In this document: positions 1-10,169 of the stretch, piece after piece
How positions within the stretch are numbered: the first letter of the stretch is position 1
Layout of the letters: each line of letters begins with the position of its first letter
NCBI GenBank assembly: GCA_000165425.1
Contig: CT868069.1
Location: 119,748 to 139,747 of the forward strand
Direction of reading: 5' to 3'
DNA from: Paramecium tetraurelia
Lineage: Eukaryota
DNA: 20,000 nucleotides
Notes under the pieces: generated by a model
Database searches by the model: none
What the model saw: the letters and a program-made list of their open reading frames with translations, nothing else
Told to the model about the DNA's origin: nothing
Made by a program: the position numbers and the translations under genes

Positions 1-1546
1 AATAGGTTGAGTTAATAGTACAAAGGATTAGAAATAGATTAGTATCAAGAGGAGCTCGAGGATTTATTTCCTTGTATAGAGTGGCAAAGATTTTGGACGC
101 TGATTAAGATGGAATGCTCAATTTATCAGAATTCAGAAGAGCTATCAGAGATCATAAAATAGAAGTTACAGATCCAGAGATAGATTTAGTATTCTAATAT
201 TTTGACAGAGATGTTTCAGGATTAATTGATATATGGGGGTTCATGTTTGTGTTGAGAGGTGAGATGAGTGAATAGAGAATCTAATTAGTGGAATCATTAT
301 TTGAAAAATACAGGCAAGGAGACTACGTAACTATTTCGAATCTAAGGAATAATTTCACTGTTAGAAATCATCCAGATTTAAAAAGCGGAAAAAAGAGTGA
401 TGATGAAATCATTTAGGATTTCTTTGAACCTTTACAATAATTGCATAATATCAATGGAGGTTTTGGAAATGAAAATATTAGTAAGGATGAACTCATAGAA
501 TATTTTAGCAATTTCAGTGCTTCTGTCCCTGATGATAAATATTTTGAATAAATTCTTGTTACTGTATTCAGAATATAAGCTGAATAACAAAAAACACATC
601 ATGCTGGCAATAAATAAGTCTTTGAACCAGATCATAAGCGAAGTTACCTACAAGATCATCATCGATATGTTGTTCAGGGTGGAAGTGTATCTGCCAATGC
701 TCCTTTTGGCACATTTACCCAATAAGAACAAGTTTAATAGTAAAGACCTGCTTCAGGATTTGAATAACCAGCTTCTTTCAACATCTTCAAGCCACTTTAA
801 GATAATCCTTCAAAATCTAATGTCTAATTAGCTAATTCTTAATTGTCGCAATAATCACAATAAAATTAATAATAATAATTTCATTATTAAATTGATTAGA
901 CTCCTAAGTAGTAGAAATAAAAAATTGATAGTTTTTAGATTTTGAAAAACAAGATTTTGTAAAGAGGAATAAGAGGATTGATTAATATTTAACAAAGATT
1001 TAGAGTGTTTGATAAGTAAGGAGTGGGATCCTTAGCCTTGAATGATTGGTTAAACAGCTTTAAGTCTTGGAGATTGGACTTGAATGACTAGGTAATTTAG
1101 GACGTGTTCCATTAACAGTAAGTCAATGGGATGATTATTTATGACAATTTTGTTAAATAACTCTAAGGTACTATGAGTCTTAGGAAATTCAACATTCTAT
1201 AATAGGTATTTGAATCTTTACCTAAATAAAACGTTGAGATTGTGAAAAGTATGATATGAAAATATAATTAGGTTCTTTTAATTCCAAGGAGCATCCAGAT
1301 GTTAAATTAAATAGAAGAAGGGAAGATGATGTTCTTTGTGAATTTATTGATACATTCGAATAGCATCATTAAATATATGTAAGATATATATTAATTTTGT
1401 AGACTGGAACAGACTATTTGAAAAATCCAAATGTCACATTTGAAGAATTTATCAATTATTATAATAACTTGAGTGTTTTAATAGAAGATGATACTTAATT
1501 TGAATAATTCTTAGGAGCAGTCTGGAATCTTAGAAAAAGATTATGA
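1..1546 (+). CDS. Calcyphosin-like multi-EF-hand Ca2+-binding protein (5' end outside window)
   Basis: Frame from nt 3 with TAA/TAG=Gln: QVELIVQRIRNRLVSRGARGFISLYRVAKILDADQDGMLNLSEFRRA...FDRDVSGLID...NHPDLKSGKK...YFSNFSASVPDDKYF. A Q-rich linker follows, then a second module (LKNKILQRGIRG...FDKQGVGSL...EHPDVKLNRR...YYNNLSVLIEDDTQFEQFLGAVWNL). Introns 1249-1271 (23 nt) and 1379-1402 (24 nt); TGA at 1544-1546. RGxRG, HPD and SxxDDxxF are calcyphosin-family hallmarks. Confidence 0.88.
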
Positions 1547-1637
1547 AACATTAACATATATATATTTTATTATAAAATACTACTACAATATAAAGAATAA
1601 TAAAATTTGAATTTTAAATAATTCAGATAACCAACTA

Positions 1638-4172
1638 ATGAGATTAAATGATTTAACTGAATCAAGGAAGATGTTAAAACAGTTGAAAGAAAAGGATGTT
1701 CGACCGCCTAGATCATATAGCGACTTTTCAAAATCTCCAAGATAATTGCAATTGGATACAATATAATTATATTCATGGGGTATGATAGTCGAATAATAGT
1801 CTAGGTTTAAATAATTGTGGGCAATTATTGAAAACAAATAAAAATATAATCCCTCATTATTAAGGAGTACAATTATGTTCTGCAGGCGAAAATCACACTA
1901 TTATAGTGAATAATAAAAATGAAGTAATAGGATTTGGTGATAATCAATTTGGATAGTTGGGATATGAATCTAACACCTAACCTAAATTAACTCCAATATT
2001 TAAAGATTAAAGAATAACAAGCGTAGTTTGTGGGGCAGAACACACATTTATGTTGACGGCTAAAGGAGAAGTGTATTCTTGGGGATTAAATTTGAAAGGC
2101 CAATTAGGATTGGGTTGTTTTGACAACGCTTTGTAGCCTACTCTCGTTTATGGTCTTTTGCCTTTTGGTACAAGCAACAGCAAAGCAAGAGAACAACAGG
2201 TAGGACACAAAAGGATGAAGAGTGCAAATGAAGGAGATTCATCTACTTCCCCAGGCTTGAAGGAAAGATCATCTTCTATTGATAACATAATGGAGCACAT
2301 TGTCATGATGAAGGAAAAGATTAAATAGAAAAGTTCATGCGAAGTATAGTGCTAAATCCTTTTATAAAATGATGAAGCAGTATAGTAAATTACATGTGGA
2401 GCATTGCACACATTAGTTTTAACAAATAAAAACAGAGTCTTTTCCTGCGGGTTTGGAGAATCCTATGCTTTAGGACATCCGGAAAATCAAACCCTTAATG
2501 AATTCAAATAAATATCAAACTTACAACACTTCAAAGTCGATAAAGTTTGTAGTGGATTAGCCCATTCAGGATGCATAGTTGAAGGAGGAAGATCCTTTAT
2601 TTGGGGAGTCTGCAAATCAAATAAAGATCAAATAAAGTTACCATAATAAACTAAAATTGTAGATGAATTAAATAGTTAATAATGTGTTCTAGATATGAAA
2701 ATGGGAGAGATGTTCACCTTATTTCTCACTAGTAAGGGGGAAGTGTACTCTTTGGGAGAGAATATCCAAGGATAATTGGGAATAGAATAGAATTGCACTG
2801 ATATTCCATTGAAAGTGTTAGGTTTGCCCTTAATCTCACAAATTTCAAGCGGGAGAAATCATTGTGTTGCACTATCAGCTGATTACAAATAAATCTATGG
2901 ATGGGGATCCAATATTTATGGTTAATTAACTGGACAACCTAGCGTAAATTGTAAAGGAATTATATCTCCGAAATTGTTATTTACAGTACCTGAAACTTAA
3001 AAGATTGTTTGTGGTAACTTTCATACTTTGTTATTATCATCATCTTTCTTAGAAATCATTTTAGATGATAATGAAAATTCTCATAAGGACTAGGAGAAAT
3101 TAAACGAGGAAGTTGAGAAATGTAAAAATGAGCAAGAAATATTGAAATAATAGAATATTTAATTGTAATTAAAATATGATAGAATGAAGAATGAAATTTT
3201 GTAGAAAAAGAAAGTCAAAGATCAAAAGGTGTAAACAAATGAATCATATATCTAAAGGCAAATTAAAAAATAATAATCAAAATTTGATATTTCTGCTTTA
3301 GAGATCTCACCAGAACGACCAATTAAACATAGAATATTTTAATCAAGTTTAGATATCGATTTTAATGACATAATGCTTGAAAAACAGATAAGTGAAGGTG
3401 GATATGGAGTGATTTATAGAGCTAAATGGAGAGAAACTACAGTTGCTGTAAAAATGTTTAAAATTGATGGAATGAATGAAAATCACATCAGAGATTTCCT
3501 ATCAGAATGTCATGCAATGGAGGCACTAAGACATCCAAATATAGTAATGTTTTTAGGTGCTTGTACAAAACCTCCTAATTTAGCTATTGTTCTTGAATAT
3601 TGTTAGCGAGGTTCTTTATGGTAGGTGATCTAAAATCATGACATTCATTTAACATGGGAGGATCGAAGGAGGATGGCTTTGGATGCAGCTAAAGGGGTAT
3701 TGTATTTACACTCTTTTAATCCTCCCATTTTGCATAGGGATTTAAAAAGTCTCAATTTATTGTTGGATGAAGCTTTTAGAACAAAGTTAGCAGACTTTGG
3801 ATGGACTAGAACTCTATCTAATTATATGACCAGCAAAATAGGGACTTATTAATGGATGGCACCTGAGGTAATCGCAGGATAAATTTACACAGAAAAAGCT
3901 GATGTTTTTAGCTTCGGTATAATATTGTGGGAAATAGCAGCAAGAGAGCCGCCTTATAGAAGTAATAAGTCATTAATATTTTAGATATTACTGGTTTGTA
4001 GGTCTCCTTAGATGTGTTAAATAATGACTTTAGACCCACCATACCAAAAAAAACTCCTGAAGTTTTTGCAAGACTTACTAAGAGGTGTTGGGATAGGGAT
4101 CCAGAAAAGCGTCCATCTTTTAAAGAAATAATTAAGGAACTGGAGATTATGAAATTTCCTCCTGGAATATGA
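1638..4172 (+). CDS. RCC1-repeat domain + coiled coil + tyrosine-kinase-like (TKL, Raf/MAP3K-like) protein kinase, ~828 aa
   Basis: ATG 1638; introns 1780-1804 (25 nt) and 3962-3984 (23 nt); TGA 4170-4172. RCC1 repeats include [52 protein letters not shown] and SGRNHCVAL...[11 protein letters not shown]. Coiled coil at ~3060-3280. Kinase motifs: [52 protein letters not shown]. Confidence 0.93.
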
Positions 4173-4229
4173 TAATTAATATGAAAAGTTTTAATATTAT
4201 TTTTTCATTATTAATTGTGATTATAAATA

Positions 4230-4975
4230 ATGTTTGCATTATCAAGAGGTATCTTTTTATTAGTATAATAAGCCCTTAAATTTCAGTAACCAATATTTGC
4301 TTTCTCTCAATTTTAATTGCTAAAAGGAAAGTATGCTGTCCCACCTAAACCAAGAAAATAGAGAAATGCAGTACCAATTACATTTAATTTAAGGATTCGA
4401 CAATTCATCAACAATAATTAAAAGAGTGGTAAGAAAATTATGATGTACCAAAAAGACCAAGCATAACATCAGAAAAGATCCAATTTTATGGAAATAAGTT
4501 CCCACATTTGAAAACTAAGTGGGCTGAATTATTACAACATATTAAGACTTTGCCTGCAGATGAGGTTGCAAAGAATGAAGAAATAATTAAAAGCTCTGCA
4601 GAACAGAAGACTCAAATCTTTTAAAAACGCATGGAAGAATATCAGAACAAATACTTAGTTAGATTAAGTAATGTGACAGCATCATCTGTTTTTTTTTCAA
4701 CCATTCCATTTAAGGATCTCAAATCGGCCTGGGCTAAGTATAATGAGTTATCAGAAGAAGAAAAATAAAAATACCAAAAATTAGCCAATGAAGAAAATTA
4801 AAAAAAAAATGCAAAATTAGAAAAAATTGCTAAATAATTTGGAATGTCACTTGAAGAATTTAAAAAGGAAGTACGTTAGATAATTAATGAAACCAGAACA
4901 AAAAAGGAGGAATCTTCTTCATCATCTTCAGACGATGAAAAGAAATAATCAAATAAGAAAGAATAAAAAAATTGA
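4230..4975 (+). CDS. HMG-box-like basic protein with probable mitochondrial targeting peptide, ~232 aa
   Basis: ATG 4230; introns 4249-4272 (24 nt) and 4371-4393 (23 nt, needed for frame); TGA 4973-4975. Translation: MFALSRALKFQQPIFAFS...VPPKPRK...WQENYDVPKRP...KSAWAKYNELSEEEKQKYQKLANEE...SSSSSSDDEKK. PKRP and LSEEEKQKY are HMG-box-type motifs. Confidence 0.7.
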
Positions 4976-5346
4976 TATTGAGATAATAAATTACGAAAAT
5001 AGATTATAATTTCAATTTATGTTTTAAATAAATTAAGTCTAACTACAGTTTATTGTTCTTTATAAAGAGGTCAATCTCAAACTCTGAAAAAACCTGTTTT
5101 TAATGCTGTTGAATTATTTTCTTATTAAGTAATCTCAATAACTCAAATTATTATACAAACAAGATTAGATATTTATACATTCAATTAATGACTTTTAAAG
5201 GTTTTTTCTAGTTTAAATATATAAAACTCAAATCTATTTCACTGTCAAGATAAAGAAAAATAAATTACAATATTGTTGAATTTTATAAAAGAAAGACTAT
5301 ATAAAATCATAATTTATAAACATTAAGTTGTCTAGTACTATATAGA

Positions 5347-7888
5347 TCATTTTAAATCTTATTCTACCCCACTCATCACATGTAGAGGATATACATGTGG
5401 CATCTAATATGGGTCATTTGAAACCCTCATTCTACTAGACCCTCCAAAATTCATCACTTTTGTTGATGCATATTCTTCGTAGGACTCCATATGAGTGACC
5501 TTAATAGATGTTAAACAATTAGCAAGCACAGATAGGAACAGCGCACAAATAATGATTATCACAACAATAGATTCTTTTTATATTGATTAGGCATACTTTA
5601 TGCACATGCCATCTAGCATTTTATTATAATGATCCTATATTTCATATATTATTTACTTTGATAAATGTACAATTTGTTGATTTAAGCATACTATTCATGC
5701 TTGCTAAAATCATTTATTCCTTTTCATTAAATGCCTTAAACTAATTTATGTATAGGTTTAAATCAGCACTAAGTTATTAATTTAATGTTATAAATTAAGA
5801 CTCTAACTATTAGGCTTCTATCCATGCTTGGGCTTAAGATTAAAAATGTTATTTTAATTTCTAAAATTCATTATATTAATCTGGACAACTAGGTGAATAT
5901 TTAGTTATCAAATATGATGGATGCCAGCATAATTATGATTAATTTTAAGAACCTTACTTTTTTGGACTTCCTCCATCTGAACAAGTCTAAAAGGCTAATT
6001 CAGCACAATTGTTTATTCCTTTAAAATCATTAAACGATTTCACTATTTTTTTAAATTCCTCTTATTGTTAATCATCTAGATCAATAATTGTTCCGTCTAA
6101 AAAGGAAGTCAAACTTTGGCTATTTTTAGATAAATTTTCAATAAATTATTCATAATTGGAATTGATTCTCAAGATCTATTCGTCGACTCCCTTGTCACTA
6201 TTTATGTATGTTCGAATATCTTTCAACTTTTAAGCAAAATTTAATTGCTCATAAATATTTCCATCTTCAAACAAACAACTTTTTAGTGTCTATTTTGTAT
6301 CATCAAAATTAATAATGTCTTAAGTTTAATAGACTTCTACTTTATTCACAAACCCATCAAAATATATGCAGATATCATTCGACAATTCAGAATGTGAATG
6401 TAGAAAAATATTAATAATCAAAAGGGCAATTAGTAATAAATTGCAAACAAACCACAAAAAATCTACAATAGCTTTTATTTTTAATTGATGATTTACCCAA
6501 TAACCTCCCCAAATTAAAATTTGAATAAAACAAAGAATTATTAATGTAATTCCAATACCCTTTACAGAATTTGTGTATTTATTCATGTTGTCCTTCAAAT
6601 TTTGATTAAATCTCAAATATTATTTTGAATATTCAAATAAGTAATCATTGATTAATGTTAATTTTTATTGAGCCCTCATATATGTTGATGTTAATCTTTG
6701 ATCTCTCAGAGCAAAAGAGGAGTTTTCTATTGATCCAAAATGCAAAAATATGTTGTCATAAAAACTATTAACTTAATTCACTTAATCTGTTAATTAAATT
6801 GATTCCTATTTTTATTTGATAAGTTAATAATATTCTTAAAACGTTAAATAATCTTCATCTTATTTATTGGAAAGGATGTAATCAAACTATAATAATTATT
6901 TAAGATTTACTAATTTAGATCTTGAAAAATAAGATTCTGTTTCTTCTATTACATTTGTTCCATTTGAAGATATCATTATTGGTAAAGGAGATTTTTGGAG
7001 ATTTCTCTTTAATCTAAATTAGATAAGAAAATACTAATCATTAAATTCAATCATCTCAGATAATTTTTTTGTCATTTTTACGGAGTTTCTATCTGAAAAT
7101 AAAGCCTTTAAATTTATTTAAAACTCTTGAACACGCTTTGATAAAATTTCCAAATCAGCTTGAATATGTTAATATCCAACGAAGTTGTCATCGTTTTTGT
7201 TTAATAAATCATCAAATGATTAACTTAAATAGCAATTTGAATAAGAGAGTCCTTCAGTTATATCATTTATAAAAATCTAAATTTCAATTTTATATATTAC
7301 AATTGCAATTATTGAACAAACAATTACGGTAAAATTTAGGATAACTATAGAGATGATTCCATATTTATGATACCTTTTTGTATTTTCAAGAAATTCCTCC
7401 TCGGTATGATTTTTAATCCAAATTACAACAGAACTAAAATTAACAAATATTCTCACTTTGATTTGAAAACAATAAGTATATACATTAGAGAGAGGAAAAA
7501 GGTTCCAATTGCAATGATAAGCCATGGAATTGTGTAGCTTGACAATTAAGAAAAGTAAAAATCATTTGAGAGTTCATAACTGTTGTTAACAAGAAGTTCA
7601 ATGTCTTCTTGTAATTCAAGATGTTATTTAGAATATATTGAACTCCAAACTTATTCTCTTTCCAAATCAGATATGTCAACTAATTTAAGCTATACTTTTA
7701 CAAAATTCGATATCTCTACATTCTTCAGTTCGAGTATTCGTCAAATCAATGTAAGCTGATTAGTTAACATTTAGAGTAAAGCTAGTTTGTATTAAAATGA
7801 TAACTATTAATAAAAAGACAAATGGGTGTAGTTATAAAGTCATTATACCAATTAAATTATTCTAAAAAAATCTGCTTAGACACAACAT
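5347..7888 (-). CDS. Prominin/Tweety-like five-transmembrane glycoprotein, ~800-816 aa
   Basis: In-frame ATGs at 7888 or 7843 (MTLQLHPFVFLLIVIILIQTSFT, signal-peptide-like); introns 7680-7701, 7434-7456, 7277-7300 and 5635-5656; TGA 5349-5347. TM1 IPWLIIAIGTFFLSLMYILIVF; TM2 YGIISIVILNFTVIVCSIIAI; ~250-aa loop; TM3 GIGITLIILCFIQILIWGGYW; TM4 FLWFVCNLLLIALLIINIFL; second large loop with SNDIC, SCLFEDGNIYEQL and NCTFIKDHYNKMLDGMC; TM5 IVVIIIICALFLSVLANCL. Confidence 0.72.
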
Positions 7889-8064
7889 ATATATATAAAA
7901 AAGTCTTTGAATTTGTATGCTTAGAATTGTAGTTTTGCTGATGTCAAGAATTCCTCATCAATCAACATGAATCTATAATTAAATTCATAATTCACTTGCC
8001 TAAGTATATTTCAATAAAAAAATAACTTAAAAATGAAATAGATTTTTATACAATTAATTCTAAA

Positions 8065-8991
8065 TCAATTATCAAGGGGTTCGAAAAATCTTCTATTTCC
8101 TGTTTTAGTGGCAACCATTAATTTATCATATTCGTCCATGTGTTCCTCTGTAGGTTAATATATCCATTTAGCCTCAATGTCAACCTCTTATCTACTATCT
8201 TCAGTCAACAAGTGAATCATATATTACTTATAATAGACCATTAACCATTCATCATCTTTTTATCCACTAATCTAAGGCTTCCCATAAGTTCCTGTACCCA
8301 AATGATGAAGTCTTTTTAAATTCATAATTCCTCTCTAATCAGGTTCAGCATCCATTGCTTCATTGCCCAACCGTAAATTCAAGTTCTTGATTTCTTCTTA
8401 TTCTTTTTAGTATTTGATCATAAATCCTTTTACTAATTCCTTACAAACTTTCCAACCATGGTTGCTAGAATACATTGTTCCGACTATACCATACCTTTAA
8501 GGTAATTGTTTTCCATACTCTTCCAAATCATAATGTACAATGTCTTTAATTTAATTGATCTCAATTATTATTATATAAGAGTACTTCCAAAAAAGAAATT
8601 AGCTTGTAAATGTCTAATTATTCATTAGGATCAAATAAAATGTCTCTTTATTACACTAGCTCACCCTACAATCCCCAAACAGTTCCTTTATCAGGCCTAT
8701 CAACAACTTTTTCATAATAAGGATCATCTCCATCAAACAAAACAGTTTCTTTAATTAAATTAATGTCTGGTTTTTTTGAGTCCTTAAGGATTGTGTCTTA
8801 TTCTAATTTTATATCATTGAGACTTCCGATCACATCTGAATAATCATAATATTAATACCATCATCATCGTTTTTATCTTCATAAGCCATAGAAAATTATT
8901 AAGCAGCCTCTGGGGTCTTTTTTAATTTGTTTACTATCCTAACATTTCTTGCCATTGAGTAAATTGATCGAAAATTTACAAACTTATACAT
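8065..8991 (-). CDS. MALSU1: Mitochondrial ribosomal silencing/assembly factor, RsfS/Iojap/MALSU1 family, ~292 aa
   Basis: ATG 8991 (MYKFVNFRSIYSMARNVRIV, basic and presequence-like); introns 8836-8858 and 8560-8584; TGA 8067-8065. Core LDIYKLISFLEINQIKDIVHYDL...YGIVGTMYSSNHGWKVCKELVK...ISGQKDDEWLMVYYKQYMIHLLTEDSRQEVDIEAKW follows the RsfS pattern (DI; SxxH; GxxxxxW; IHL....R...EKLW). Confidence 0.8.
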
Positions 8992-9405
8992 GATGTGTTA
9001 ATAAAATATAAATATTATTTGCACATTATATATGGTTTATATTGATTAGAATTTTTGTAAAAGCTTTGAATACTTAAGGAATATTTTAAGTTTCAATAAG
9101 GATTCAAATTGAATTCATATTGATGCCTTGTCAAAAATTCAGCACTTTAGTTTAAATAAATCTAGTTATATGAAGAAAATAAATTTAAATTTAATTGCCT
9201 TAACTTTTGAATTAATTAATTTTCAATTATAATTATGATTAAGACCATGAATTAATTAAAGTCTTCATGAGTTAGAAATGTTGTAAGGATAAAAAACAGG
9301 TTAATAAAGGATATAAATTGTTTAATATATATTTAATTATTCATCAACATTATATCACAGTATAAGGAGTATTATATGAGTTATTATCATTTTATAGAAA
9401 ATATT

Positions 9406-9711
9406 TCAATGGATTTAAGCTTAAATCACTAATGAATCAGCAGATATATATAAAAATAACTGGTAATATTATTTGCTTTAATTCATCAATTTGGAACCCC
9501 TTTTTGCTATTGTTGTTTTAGTGGTTGGTCGATATTTGATAATGAATTAAATGGGCTCTGGTTTTTGTTCAATTTTATTTGACTTCACCTTCTTAGCTGC
9601 AGCTTTTGTTTAATACAATAGGATATTTTTTTTTAATTATCTTCTGATTTATTCTACTTACTTTTTGAAAAATTAACCAATTTAACATTTCGTTTTTTTA
9701 TTCTTAGTCAT
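9406..9711 (-). CDS. Possible small basic hypothetical protein (101 aa) or gene remnant
   Basis: Open frame MTKNKKTKCQIGQFFKKQVEQIRRQLKK...KAAAKKVKSNKIEQKPEPIQFII...IH* in the ciliate code. No recognisable domain, and ORFs of this size arise by chance when only TGA stops. Confidence 0.3.
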
Positions 9712-10169
9712 TTCTAAAATCCAATATCAGAAGTTATGCACATGTACCCATAGACAATGAAGAAACAATTTTTAAGAATGAAATCCCAGGAGGAATGATA
9801 TTGACAATAAATTATATAAATTAAAGAGAATTATTTGATAAATAACTCTAACAATGAACATAATAGGCTCCTAATTTATACCACCAATTTATGGAAAAAA
9901 ATTTGATATTGAATCAATATTACAAAAATGGATATGGATCTTCTTAGATAAATAGAACTCAAGCATTCATAAAATAAAAACAAAATTTGAAAATTAATCA
10001 TTCCACAGCCATTTTAAATTAACATCACCATTGATGAAATTTTTTTTCGAATGGCTATATTATCGAGGAAATTAAATAACTCAAACTCTAATGATTTGAA
10101 ATATTAATATCATAAATTAAATTTAGCTTAATATAAATATGTATTTCCTACTTAGAAGAAATATACATG

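Noticed and set aside
432..831. Supplied ORFs 432-635 (-) and 517-831 (+)
   Set aside because: Antisense or off-frame shadows of the calcyphosin-like gene, which is encoded in frame +3 with the ciliate code.
1583..1837. Supplied ORF 1583-1837 (-)
   Set aside because: Antisense to the first exon of the RCC1-kinase gene; no recognisable motif.
5044..5342. TACAGT...ACTATA ends resembling a retained IES between convergent genes
   Set aside because: Both ends only partly match TAYAGYNR, such words are frequent in AT-rich DNA, and no gene in the window is interrupted by an IES, consistent with macronuclear sequence.
7069..7679. Supplied ORFs 7069-7272 (+) and 7485-7679 (-)
   Set aside because: Antisense or wrong-frame relative to the spliced 5-TM gene. 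Only the 3' part of ORF 7277-7525 is in the true frame.
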